The notes below the pieces were generated by a model. That model ran no database searches. It was not told the origin of the DNA and was given only the letters and a program-made list of their open reading frames with translations. The position numbers were made by a program, and so were the translations under genes. From NCBI GenBank assembly GCA_046726915.1, contig JBKPBS010000008.1:10-64009 (forward strand): 64,000 nucleotides of DNA, in the 5' to 3' direction. This DNA comes from Actinomycetota bacterium. GTDB lineage: Bacteria; Actinomycetota; Thermoleophilia; Solirubrobacterales; Thermoleophilaceae. Of this stretch, positions 16,800 to 25,811 are shown piece by piece. Numbering within the stretch: the stretch's first letter is position 1; every line of letters starts with the position of its first letter.

Positions 16800-17954
16800 G
16801 TGCCGGTCGGCGTTTGCGGCCGACATTTCGCGGGGAAGCCCGTCTCTGTGAAGGTGGGGCTGGTGCTCGGGGCGGGAGGCGTGCTCGGAGGCGCGTGGCT
16901 CGTCGGCGGGCTCAGCGCGCTCGCGCGCGAGACGGATTGGGATCCCGGCAGCGCCGATCAGATCGTCGGCACCTCCGCGGGGTCGATGATCGGCGCGCTC
17001 GTGGCGGGCGGGGTGCCGCCCTGGTTCATGGTCGCCCACTCGCGGGGCGAGGTCTTCGATGGCCTCGTCGGACCCGACGGACGCCCAGCCGCGGACGCGG
17101 ACCGCTCCGCCGGCGCGAACTTCCGCCTCCACCGCGGCCTGCCCGCGATCGGCCCCGGCTCGCTGCGCATGGCCTTCACGGCGCTGTCGAACCCGCTGCG
17201 CCACACCCCGCTCCAGATGGTGGCCGGCTGGCTGCCGTCCGGATTCGTGTCGACCGACCCGCTCAGGGAGACGATCACGCGCGCCGTGCCCGGCGACTGG
17301 GTCGAGCACGCGAACTACTGGGCCGTGGCGTGTGACTACGAGTCCGGCCGCCGTACTCCGTTCGGCCGGCTCGGGTCGCCGCGGGCGGACATCGCGGACG
17401 CCGTCGCGGCGTCCTGCGCGATCCCGGGCTTCTACCGGCCCGTGAAGATCGGTGGCCGGCGCTACGTGGACGGCGGCGTCTGCTCGGTGTCGAACATGGA
17501 CCTCGTCGCCGGCCGCGGCCTCGACCTGGTCATCTGCCTCAACCCGCTCACGAGCCGCTCGGAGCGCCAAACCCGCTCCCGCGGCGGCGTCACCAAAATC
17601 GCCACCGGCGCGATCAACGGGGCGCTCGACTTCGTGCCCTCGATAACCCGCCGCGCCTCGCGCGGGCGGCTCGAGCGCGAGGAGCGCAAGGTGCGCCGCT
17701 TCGGCGCCGAGGTCGTGATAATCGAGCCCACCGCCGAGGACCACGCGGCAATGGGGCACAACTGGATGAGCGCGGAGCGCCGCCAGGACGTGATCGACAC
17801 CGCGGAGGAGACGGTCGCCAAGCAGCTGAGGAGCCCCGCGCTCCGGGAGCTGCTCAGCGGCCTTCCGCGCGGGGAGCCGCACAAGATCAGCCGCCCGTCC
17901 GGGCCGCCGTCGAGCTGGCCCGAGATGCGGGCGAGCCTACGGCGAGCCGCATGA
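16800..17954 (+). CDS. Patatin-like phospholipase
   Basis: Oxyanion GAGGVLGG, nucleophile GTSAGS (GxSxG) and catalytic DGG (YVDGGV). Alternative start GTG 16848 (VKVGLVLGAGG). Confidence 0.9.
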   Translation: MPVGVCGRHFAGKPVSVKVGLVLGAGGVLGGAWLVGGLSALARETDWDPGSADQIVGTSAGSMIGALVAGGVPPWFMVAHSRGEVFDGLVGPDGRPAADADRSAGANFRLHRGLPAIGPGSLRMAFTALSNPLRHTPLQMVAGWLPSGFVSTDPLRETITRAVPGDWVEHANYWAVACDYESGRRTPFGRLGSPRADIADAVAASCAIPGFYRPVKIGGRRYVDGGVCSVSNMDLVAGRGLDLVICLNPLTSRSERQTRSRGGVTKIATGAINGALDFVPSITRRASRGRLEREERKVRRFGAEVVIIEPTAEDHAAMGHNWMSAERRQDVIDTAEETVAKQLRSPALRELLSGLPRGEPHKISRPSGPPSSWPEMRASLRRAA

Positions 17955-17964
17955 GCCGGGAGCC

Positions 17965-18879
17965 GTGAGCACCTCCACCGCCCACGGGTCGTCGAACGGG
18001 GGAGCGCCCGGGTCCGGGGCGCCACCAGGCCCCGGCTCGATCGTCCAGTTGGTCAGCCGCGTGATCGGCGCGATCGCGGAAGAGGCCCAGCGCCGGGTGC
18101 CGAGCGCCGACCTCGACGAGCGCGACCCGGACTACATCCGCGAGACGCTCCCCGGGCTATGGATGCTCGCGAGCCTCTACTTTCGGGCCGACGTCCGCGG
18201 GCTGCAGAACATCCCAGAGGAGGGCCCGGTGCTGCTCGTGGGCAACCACTCCGGCGGCAACCTCACACCCGACACCCACGTCTTCACGCTGGCGTTCACC
18301 ACCTACTTCGGAGTCGAGCGCCGCTTCCACCAGCTCGCCCACAACCTCGTGCTCTCGATGCCCGGCCTCTCTAGCCTGCGGAAGTACGGCACCGTGGCCG
18401 CGACGCCGGAGAACGCGGCGAAGGCCCTCGACGTGGGCGCCGCGCTCCTCGTGTACCCCGGCGGCGACTACGAGGTCCACCGGCCGAGCTGGGAGTCCGC
18501 GCGCGTTGACTTCGGCGGCCGCAGGGGCTTCATCCGCCTGGCGCAGGAGCGGGAGGTCCCGCTCGTGCCGGTCGTGGCGATCGGCGGCCAGGAGACCGCG
18601 CTGTTCCTCTCGCGCGGCGAGCGCATCGCCAAGCTGCTCGGACTCGACCGCATGTTCCGCCTGAAGGTGCTGCCGGTGTCACTGGCGCTCCCATGGGGGC
18701 TGAACGTGGGCGACATGCTCGGCCACATCCCACTGCCCGCGAAGATCACGATCCAGGTCCTGGAGCCGATCGACGTGTCGGGCATGGATGTCGACGAGGC
18801 GTACGAGCTCGTGACCGGGCGGATGCAGACGACGCTCACCGGGCTCGCCGAGGAGCGGGCACTGCCCGTGCTGGGCTGA
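17965..18879 (+). CDS. Acyltransferase (PlsC/LPLAT-superfamily-like)
   Basis: PEEGPVLLVGNHSGGNLTPD and VYPGGDYEV resemble lysophospholipid/DAG acyltransferase blocks. The gene lies between the patatin and acyl-CoA synthetase genes. Confidence 0.7.
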   Translation: MSTSTAHGSSNGGAPGSGAPPGPGSIVQLVSRVIGAIAEEAQRRVPSADLDERDPDYIRETLPGLWMLASLYFRADVRGLQNIPEEGPVLLVGNHSGGNLTPDTHVFTLAFTTYFGVERRFHQLAHNLVLSMPGLSSLRKYGTVAATPENAAKALDVGAALLVYPGGDYEVHRPSWESARVDFGGRRGFIRLAQEREVPLVPVVAIGGQETALFLSRGERIAKLLGLDRMFRLKVLPVSLALPWGLNVGDMLGHIPLPAKITIQVLEPIDVSGMDVDEAYELVTGRMQTTLTGLAEERALPVLG

Positions 18880-20978
18880 TGCGGGTCCAGCGCGACATGC
18901 TGATCGACGCGTCGCCGGAGGAGATCTGGGAGCTCGTCTCGAACCCGGACAACTACGACCGCTTCTGGCACGGGCTCACGCGGCTCGAGCGCAAGAACGA
19001 TGAGAAGGGCCTCGGCGCTCGCTTCGCGCTCCGCATGCGGATCGGCTCGGCCGACCTGGGCGGGCTGATCGAGATCGTCGAGTGTGACGAGAACGCGGAC
19101 ATGGCCTGGACGAGCATCACCGGCATCGACCACCGCGTGCGCTGGCGGCTGCGCGAGGCCGATGACGGCCGTACGAAGGTGGTGCTCCGGCTCTCGTGGG
19201 ACTCGCCCGGAGGACTGCTCGGCAGCGTCGCCGACCGGGTCGGCGCGCCGATGGTGGCGACCACGCTCGAGCGAACCCTGAAGAATCTGGCTCTTGAGCT
19301 CGAGGACGAGGAGGTCCTGGAACAGGTGAGCGGCGACGACGGAAAGAGCCTGCCCGGGAGGGTGGCGTACGAGCTCGGCAGCGCGAAGGTGCTAATCGAA
19401 GCGGGCGTGATCCGGCCGATGCGGCCGGACCGCCTCTGGGGCGTCCTCCGGACCCTCCAGCGCTGGGGCCGCAGCCCCGCGGCCGGGGCGATCTCGCTCG
19501 CGGAGCGCTACCCGGAGGGGACGATGATCGTCGATGAGCTCGGCACGCTGAGCTACGGCGAGGTCGACACGCGCACCAACGCGCTCGCGCACGCCCTCTC
19601 CGACGCCGGCCTCGTCGAGGGCGACGGTGTGGGGGTCATGTGCCGCAACCACCGCGGCTTCATCGAGGCGACGATCGCGCTCTCGAAGCTCGGCGCCGAT
19701 GCGCTCTACCTCAACACCGCCTTCGCCGGGCCGCAGCTGGTCGAGGTCGTGCAGCGCGAGAAGCCGAAGGCGCTGATCTTCGACGAGGAGTTCTACGGGC
19801 TGCTCGAGGAGGCGGGCCATCGCCGCAAGCGCTTCGTGGCGTGGCACGACGAGCCCTCGTGCGACGACCCCACGCTCGACGAGCTGATGGCCGACGGCGA
19901 CCCGAGCCCGGTCGTGCCGCCGGAGCGCGAGGGCCGGGCCGTGATCCTCACCTCGGGCACGACGGGCACGCCAAAGGGCGCCTCGCGCGGCAACCCGGAG
20001 TCGATCGACCCGGTGGTCGCCTACCTCTCGAAGATTCCGCTTAAGAGCCGGCACGTGATCCACGTCGCCGCGCCGCTCTTCCACTCGTGGGGCTTCGCGC
20101 ACTTCTCGCTCGGCCTGATCCTCGGCATGACCTACGTGCTGCGCCGGAAGTTCGACCCGGAGGCCTGCCTCGCCGAGGTGGCGCGCTCGCGCGCGGACGC
20201 GCTGGCGGTGGTGCCGATCATGATGCAGCGGATCCTCGACCTGCCGGAAGAGACGCGCTCGAAATACGACACGTCGTCGCTGAAGGTGGTGGCCGCGAGC
20301 GGCTCCGCGCTACCCGGCGACCTCGCCACGCGCTGGATGGACGAGTTCGGCGACACGCTCTACAACCTCTACGGCTCCACCGAGGTCGCGTGGGCGTCGA
20401 TCGCGACACCGGCCGACATGCGCGCGGCGCCCGGCACGGCCGGCCGCCCACCGCGGGGCACCGTCGTGCGGCTGTACGACGAGAAGGGCGTGGAGGTGAA
20501 GCAGGGCGAGACCGGCAGGATCTTCGTCGGCAACGAGATGCTGTTCGAGGGCTACACGGGCGGCGGCTCGAAGGACGTGATCGGCAACCTCATGGCAACC
20601 GGCGACGTGGGCCGCTTCGACGACGGCGGTCGCTTGTTCGTCGAGGGTCGAGACGACGAGATGATCGTGTCCGGCGGCGAGAACGTCTTCCCGAAGGAGA
20701 TCGAGGACCTGCTCTCACGCCATGCCGCCGTGAGCGACGTCGCGGCCGTGGGCGTCGAGGACAAGGACTTCGGCCAGCGCCTGCGCGCCTTCGTGGTGCT
20801 CGAGAGCGGCAAGAAGGCGACCGAGGACGAGCTCAAGGGCTATGTGAAGCAGAACCTGGCGCGCTACAAGGTGCCGCGCGAGATCGTCTTCATCGACGAG
20901 CTGCCCCGCAACGCCACCGGCAAGGTGCTCAAGCGGGAGCTGGTCGAGGAAGAGGAAGAGGAGAAGGCGGCGAAGTAG
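18879..20978 (+). CDS. SRPBCC (START/polyketide-cyclase-like) domain fused to acyl-CoA synthetase (AMP-binding)
   Basis: ATG 18879 overlaps the upstream stop (TGATG). The N-terminal ~150 aa are SRPBCC-like (MLIDASPEEIWELVSNPDNYDRFW...). The adenylation core follows, with ILTSGTTGTPKGA, YGSTE, GDVGRFDDGGRLFVEGRDDEMIVSGGENV and LPRNATGKVLK. Confidence 0.9.
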   Translation: MRVQRDMLIDASPEEIWELVSNPDNYDRFWHGLTRLERKNDEKGLGARFALRMRIGSADLGGLIEIVECDENADMAWTSITGIDHRVRWRLREADDGRTKVVLRLSWDSPGGLLGSVADRVGAPMVATTLERTLKNLALELEDEEVLEQVSGDDGKSLPGRVAYELGSAKVLIEAGVIRPMRPDRLWGVLRTLQRWGRSPAAGAISLAERYPEGTMIVDELGTLSYGEVDTRTNALAHALSDAGLVEGDGVGVMCRNHRGFIEATIALSKLGADALYLNTAFAGPQLVEVVQREKPKALIFDEEFYGLLEEAGHRRKRFVAWHDEPSCDDPTLDELMADGDPSPVVPPEREGRAVILTSGTTGTPKGASRGNPESIDPVVAYLSKIPLKSRHVIHVAAPLFHSWGFAHFSLGLILGMTYVLRRKFDPEACLAEVARSRADALAVVPIMMQRILDLPEETRSKYDTSSLKVVAASGSALPGDLATRWMDEFGDTLYNLYGSTEVAWASIATPADMRAAPGTAGRPPRGTVVRLYDEKGVEVKQGETGRIFVGNEMLFEGYTGGGSKDVIGNLMATGDVGRFDDGGRLFVEGRDDEMIVSGGENVFPKEIEDLLSRHAAVSDVAAVGVEDKDFGQRLRAFVVLESGKKATEDELKGYVKQNLARYKVPREIVFIDELPRNATGKVLKRELVEEEEEEKAAK

Positions 20979-21036
20979 GCGTACCGGCCCGCTTTTTGGG
21001 TACCCCTCCCGAGACCCAGATGGGAGGACTAGAGAT

Positions 21037-21567
21037 ATGAGTACCGGAGCCATCATCGCCATCGTCATCGGCGCGCTGATCGTCTTGGCGCTCCTGTGGC
21101 TACTCGCCCGCGCCGGGCGCAACCGCAGGCACGAGACGCGTCGCGTCGAGGCGCGCGAGATCCGTCGCGAGGCCGAGGTTGGTCGCGCGCAGGCGGACAG
21201 AACCCGCGCCGAAGCCGAGGCGCAGGCCGCCGAGGCCCGGCGCCAGGACGCGCTTGCGCGCGAGCGCGCCGCGAGCGCCGAGGAGCAGCACCAGGAGGCG
21301 CGCGAGCGCCACATCGAGGCTGCCAAGAAGGATCCCGACGCGGATCCGGACGAGGCCGCGGCGCAGTTCGACCGCGAGCATGGCCGCGCCGACACGACGG
21401 CCGCCACCACGGGCCCGACGAGCTCGGACGCGGACGACGACCAGAGCGTCCAGCACTACGAGCGGACGAGCGACTCCGACGCGGAGCGCGAGCGCCGCTT
21501 CGAGCGCGACGAAGAGGGCGAGGTCGTACGCGACGAGCAGTACGAGCAGCCCCGCACGAACCGCTAG
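21037..21567 (+). CDS. Membrane-anchored, highly charged coiled-coil-like protein
   Basis: GGGAGG RBS, TM helix IIAIVIGALIVLALLWLLA, then an R/E/A-rich helical region and an acidic tail. Confidence 0.6.
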   Translation: MSTGAIIAIVIGALIVLALLWLLARAGRNRRHETRRVEAREIRREAEVGRAQADRTRAEAEAQAAEARRQDALARERAASAEEQHQEARERHIEAAKKDPDADPDEAAAQFDREHGRADTTAATTGPTSSDADDDQSVQHYERTSDSDAERERRFERDEEGEVVRDEQYEQPRTNR

Positions 21568-21592
21568 CCGGGAGGCACGGCAGAGCGCCGAC

Positions 21593-21619
21593 GGGCGCGC
21601 GCATGGACCGCGCGCGCCC
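21593..21619. terminator. 10-bp GC stem-loop between convergent genes (bidirectional terminator candidate)
   Basis: GGGCGCGCGC-atggacc-GCGCGCGCCC, located between the stops at 21567 (+) and 21658 (-). Confidence 0.5.
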
Positions 21620-21657
21620 GCCGCTTGTCGCTCTGCGGCTAAGCCGCTTCCGGGCAG

Positions 21658-22254
21658 CTAGCCGCAGACCGGCCAGTGGCCGCTGCCGTGGTTCTTCAGC
21701 AGCACCCAGGCCCTCCAGGTCTGCTCGGAGCGCGGCGCGGCGGCGGGGTCTCCCGATCCGCCCACAACTCCCCAGGTGCTGAAGCTGAACTGGTAGAGGC
21801 CGCGGTAGGCACCGCCGCCTCCGATCGCGCGCGGGTTGTTGCGCGACTCGCACCACGCGATGGAGCGCAGGTGCTCGCGGCCCCAACTCGGGATGCGGCG
21901 CACCTTGAAGCGGTGCATCGTCGCCCGGCCCTCGTAGGTCCGGGACCAGTTCGCAAAGCGGCGCTTCATGCGCCGGATCGAGCGACGCAGCTCGCGAGCG
22001 GTCGGCTCGCGGTCGTCGCTCGCGGCGGCCCGGACGAGGTTCCGTCCGCGCCAAACGCCGTAGCGCTCGAGCTTCTGTCGCCAGCGGTGGTAACGCGCCT
22101 GAAGGCGATTACCGGCCGCCTGGGCCTGTGGCTCGGAAGCCCGGGTAGCTGTCGTGTCCGTCGTATCAGCCCGCGACGGCGCCACGGCCACCGCAGTTGT
22201 CGCAACTGCCAGCAGCGCGCAGGCGCATGCAAGCAGCAGTGCTGCCTTCCTCAA
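21658..22254 (-). CDS. Secreted Rpf-like (resuscitation-promoting-factor type) transglycosylase-domain protein
   Basis: TTG start preceded by GGAGGTGG and a signal peptide MRKAALLLACACALLAVATTAVAVA. The C-terminal domain IAWCESRNNPRAIGGGGAYRGLYQFSFSTWGVVGG...WRAWVLLKNHGSGHWPVCG matches the Rpf/transglycosylase-like pattern (CES...GLxQF...TW...WPVCG). Confidence 0.85.
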   Translation of the reverse strand: MRKAALLLACACALLAVATTAVAVAPSRADTTDTTATRASEPQAQAAGNRLQARYHRWRQKLERYGVWRGRNLVRAAASDDREPTARELRRSIRRMKRRFANWSRTYEGRATMHRFKVRRIPSWGREHLRSIAWCESRNNPRAIGGGGAYRGLYQFSFSTWGVVGGSGDPAAAPRSEQTWRAWVLLKNHGSGHWPVCG

Positions 22255-22413
22255 AAAACCACCTCCGACGGTGGAACTGCCTGACCTGCGCGTTGTGCTG
22301 AGGCAGGACCAGGACTTGCCGAGTTCGCACGCGCTCCTCCCCCAGGCGCGAACACGGCCGGTTTCCGGCTTACGGCGTGACCGTAACCACCGAAAACCGA
22401 ACCTAAACGGCTA

Positions 22414-22429
22414 TGTGATCTATGTCACA
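22414..22429. promoter_or_regulatory. CRP/FNR-type binding site candidate (TGTGA-N6-TCACA)
   Basis: TGTGATCTATGTCACA has both consensus half-sites perfect. It lies about 165 nt upstream of the rpf-like TTG start, in a locally AT-richer stretch. Confidence 0.55.
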
Positions 22430-23010
22430 GACCGTGAAACCCAGTTTCACGCAACAGGGTGAGCGAGTCGCGGTGAACGCCGCCCAGTCCGGCATACCAG
22501 CCGTCACTCCGGCGGGCGCGGCCGTAAGGCACGCGCGGCCGGCCGGCTGCCCTCCTCGGTCGCCTAAGCGCCCGGAGTAACGCTGCTGTAGGACAGGTCA
22601 CCGGGCGGTAACGGCTGCCAGGTCGCTCGTTCGGGTGGCAGCGATACGTAGCGGAATACGCACCGATTCTCTGCCACCTCGATTGGCGGCAGGGGCCTCT
22701 GTTACGTCAGTCACCGGACGGTTACCGAATATGAACCGCGTGACGTTTGGCGCGCGCGCCGCGGCTTGGTCGGACCAGTTAGACGATCGACGCCAGCGCG
22801 CCGCACGCAATCCCCAGCGCGATGCCGGCCGCCCATGAGATGTAGAAAGGCCACGGCGTCTTCGCAGACGGTTTGGCTGAAACCCGTCAGTCCAGTCTCA
22901 TTCAAATCACAACCCAGCCACAGAGCCCACCCGCCGACGAGCACGAAGGGGAACGTCGTGCCGGCGGGCGATGAGGATTCGGCCGTAGCTGGGGCGGTGG
23001 CTGCTTTCAG

Positions 23011-24468
23011 TCAACTAGCGGCAGCGCGGCGTGCCAGCTCGATCAGCAGGCGGGTTCCGAAGCCGCTTGCTCCCTTGCCCACGTAGTTGCGGCTCGTTCC
23101 CCAGGCGGTTCCGGCTATGTCGATGTGGACCCAGGGGTGGTCGTCCACGAACTGGCGCAGGAACTCGGCGGCGTAGCTCGACATCGCCACTCGCTGCTCG
23201 GCGGCGTTCGTTAGGTCCGCGTACTGGCCCTTCGTCAGTTCGAAGTACTCGGGGTGAAGCGGCATTCGCCAGCCGATCTCGCCGGTGGCGTCGCAGGCGG
23301 CGGTCACGTCCCCGCACCAGTCGTCGTCGTTCGAGAAGAGGCCGGCGTAGGTGTGGCCCAGGGCCACGAGGATCGCTCCGGTGAGGGTCGCGAGGTCCAC
23401 GATCCGCTCGGCGCCCTGCTCGACCGCGTAGCAGAGCGCGTCGGCCAGGATCAGCCGGCCCTCGGCGTCGGTGTTGTTCACTTCGATCGTCTTGCCGTTC
23501 ATCGCGGTGACGATGTCGCCCGGCTTCACCGCGTGGCCGCTCGGCATGTTCTCGGTGGAGGGCACGACCGCGGTGACCGTCACGGGCACGCCGAGCTCGG
23601 CGATCCCGGCCATCGACTCGATGACCGCGGCGCCGCCGGACATGTCGAACTTCATCTCCTGCATCTTCGCCGAGGGCTTGATCGAGATCCCGCCGGTGTC
23701 GAACGTCACGGCCTTTCCGACGAACCCGAGGTGCGGCCCGCTCGCGTCTGGCGGCCGGTAGCGGAGCACGATCAGGCGCGGCTCCACGTGGCTCCCCTGG
23801 GCAACGGACGCGAACGCTCCCATCCCGCGCGACACGATCGCGTCCCGGTCGAGCAGCTCGACCTCGAGCGTCTCGTGCTCGTCGGCTATCTCGGTGGCGC
23901 GCTCCGCGAGGAAGCTCGGCGTGGCTACGTTGGCCGGCAGGTTCTGGAGGTCGCGCGCGGCGTTGGCGGCCGCCGCCGCGACGCGGCCTCGCTCGATCTC
24001 GTCGTCGGATACGGAGTCCCCGGCGATCTCGACCGACTCCACCCCGCCGTTCCCGCCGTTGTCGTTCGACTCCGACTTGAAACGGTCGAACGAATACAGC
24101 TTCAGGAGCGTTCCCTCGACGAGCGCGCCGTCCACGCCCTCACCTCCCGGGGACGCCCACGAGAGCGACACCGCTCCGAGCTCCTTCGCGCGCCCGGCCG
24201 CAGCGGCGGCAGCCACGCGTGCCTCCTCGGGCCCGAACTCGTCGCGCGGGCCGAGCCCCGCGATCAGCACGCGGCGCTGCCCGCCGCCCGGGGCGTCCTC
24301 GTGGGCGAGCGCGACCTTCTTCAGCCCGCGCTTGGCCTCGCCGAGCTCGATCAGCCGCTGCAGGGCCGGGTCGGCGAGCGAGTCGCCCTCGAAGACGCCG
24401 ACCACTCGCGTGTCGGCGGCGGTCTCCTCGGGTGCGCCGGAGCGCGCGCTGACAGTGATTGGCGCCAT
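23011..24468 (-). CDS. pepA: Leucyl aminopeptidase (M17)
   Basis: 485 aa with VGKAVTFDTGGISIKP, NTDAEGRLILADAL and HIDIAGTA motifs. Confidence 0.95.
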   Translation of the reverse strand: MAPITVSARSGAPEETAADTRVVGVFEGDSLADPALQRLIELGEAKRGLKKVALAHEDAPGGGQRRVLIAGLGPRDEFGPEEARVAAAAAAGRAKELGAVSLSWASPGGEGVDGALVEGTLLKLYSFDRFKSESNDNGGNGGVESVEIAGDSVSDDEIERGRVAAAAANAARDLQNLPANVATPSFLAERATEIADEHETLEVELLDRDAIVSRGMGAFASVAQGSHVEPRLIVLRYRPPDASGPHLGFVGKAVTFDTGGISIKPSAKMQEMKFDMSGGAAVIESMAGIAELGVPVTVTAVVPSTENMPSGHAVKPGDIVTAMNGKTIEVNNTDAEGRLILADALCYAVEQGAERIVDLATLTGAILVALGHTYAGLFSNDDDWCGDVTAACDATGEIGWRMPLHPEYFELTKGQYADLTNAAEQRVAMSSYAAEFLRQFVDDHPWVHIDIAGTAWGTSRNYVGKGASGFGTRLLIELARRAAAS

Positions 24469-24495
24469 CCGCCGCGCCAGTCTAGGAGGTCCGGA

Positions 24496-25776
24496 TCAGC
24501 CGCGCCGGCAACCCTTCGCCTTGAAGTCGCCCGGACCGGCGAGGTACTCGCCGCTCGGGTAGTAGTCACCCATAGTGTCGAGCTCCGCTCCGGGCTGGGG
24601 CACGTTCTGGATCGCCTGGGCGAACGAGGGGTCCGGGAGCATGTGCCTGTAGATCAGGAGGCCCTGCGTCTGCGGGCCCCACGGCAGCCACGTCACGCCG
24701 CACTCGGTCCGCGCGCTCGCGGGGCGCTTATCCGCCGTGGACACGACGATCGTGTAGCGGCCATCCGGTCCGACCGTGACGCGATCGTCCGAGCGGCAGT
24801 CGAACACCCGCTGCGTTGCCGGCTCGTACTGGCAGAACGACCAATAGCGAAGCTGCTGCCCGCTCGGCATGACGGCCGGGCCGGGACGCGTGTCGGCGAA
24901 CGTGGGCGCGCGCCCGCGCAGCACGAGCAGCTCGCCGAAGCCGCGCGACGTCGGCGCGAAGACGTAGGCGATGTCCCGGTTCGAGAAGAAGCCGGGACCG
25001 TTGCCGCAGCGGTCGCGAGCGCCCGGGTGGAACGGCTCGCCCGACTCGTTGTCGAGCATGATGTCCACGGCCGCGCTGCAGAAGTTCTCGAAGAGCCGCC
25101 AGTTCGGCGGGTTGCGCCCCGGGTAGCCCTCCCCGTCGGCCGTCGGGTCCGGCAACCCCGGCGAGCCCGCGATGAGGTCGTTCAGCGGCTGGGCATACGG
25201 CGCTTGGAGCTCGCGGCACTGCTCGACGGTCAACGGCGTGCCGCTGCCGTCGGCCGGCTCGAGCGTGACCGTGGGCAACGGCACGCCGCCCTTCGCGTCG
25301 CGGCCGGAGTCCGGCACGTACACGCGGTAGAGGAACGTCCCGCCTTGCGAGTCGCCCGTGTAGAGCGTGTTGGGCGCGGGCTGGGCGGGCGCTGGGCCGA
25401 CCTCGATGAAGGCCGTATACGACCGCGCCGTAACCGTTCGGTCGGCGCCGGGCAGGAACGGGTTCGAGCTGCCCGGGTCGGGGGCGAGCTCGTAATCGCT
25501 GAGCGCGTCGATCGGCCGCGCGGCGGCGTCGTAGACGTTCCAGCTGATGTAGCGCGAGTGCGGGTACTGCCCCTTGATGCGGATGCGCGTGCCGGGCAGC
25601 GTGGCGTACGTGCCGCCCCAGTAGACGGCGTTCGTGTCGACCGCGAGGACGTTCGTGGTCGTCGAGTCGAGCCTGGTGAGCGCGAACTGGCAGGTCGTGT
25701 CGGCGCCCTGGGCGGCGGCGCTGCCGGGGAGCGCCACAAGGACGCACAGCATGGCCAACAGCACCCGTGCCCGCAT
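24496..25776 (-). CDS. Secreted hypothetical protein (about 426 aa)
   Basis: Signal peptide MRARVLLAMLCVLVALPGSAAAQG from ATG 25776. The rest has balanced composition and two similar segments (RYISWNVYD / RYWSFCQYE). Family not recognised. Confidence 0.7.
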   Translation of the reverse strand: MRARVLLAMLCVLVALPGSAAAQGADTTCQFALTRLDSTTTNVLAVDTNAVYWGGTYATLPGTRIRIKGQYPHSRYISWNVYDAAARPIDALSDYELAPDPGSSNPFLPGADRTVTARSYTAFIEVGPAPAQPAPNTLYTGDSQGGTFLYRVYVPDSGRDAKGGVPLPTVTLEPADGSGTPLTVEQCRELQAPYAQPLNDLIAGSPGLPDPTADGEGYPGRNPPNWRLFENFCSAAVDIMLDNESGEPFHPGARDRCGNGPGFFSNRDIAYVFAPTSRGFGELLVLRGRAPTFADTRPGPAVMPSGQQLRYWSFCQYEPATQRVFDCRSDDRVTVGPDGRYTIVVSTADKRPASARTECGVTWLPWGPQTQGLLIYRHMLPDPSFAQAIQNVPQPGAELDTMGDYYPSGEYLAGPGDFKAKGCRRG

Positions 25777-25811
25777 GCCGCACCCTTTACCCAGTCGGTA
25801 GCTTTCCGCAC

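Noticed and set aside
15642-17882. 746-aa ORF on the minus strand spanning the TadE-like and patatin genes
   Set aside because: The translation is dominated by Arg/Ala/Gly/Pro with no recognisable motif. It runs antisense to plus-strand frames with clear family signatures (GxSxG patatin, HxxDWE). This is a typical high-GC antisense open frame.
22255-22720. c-di-AMP (ydaO-type) riboswitch upstream of the Rpf-like gene, as found in front of rpfA in some actinobacteria
   Set aside because: I searched the reverse-strand leader for the hallmark elements (GGGGACCCA-like and GGGGUGAAUC-like segments, and CCCGAAnCCGnCAGCUAACCUCGUAAGCG). Only a lone CCCGAAC (around 22628-22634) is present, without the rest. 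A covariance-model scan would be needed to overturn this.
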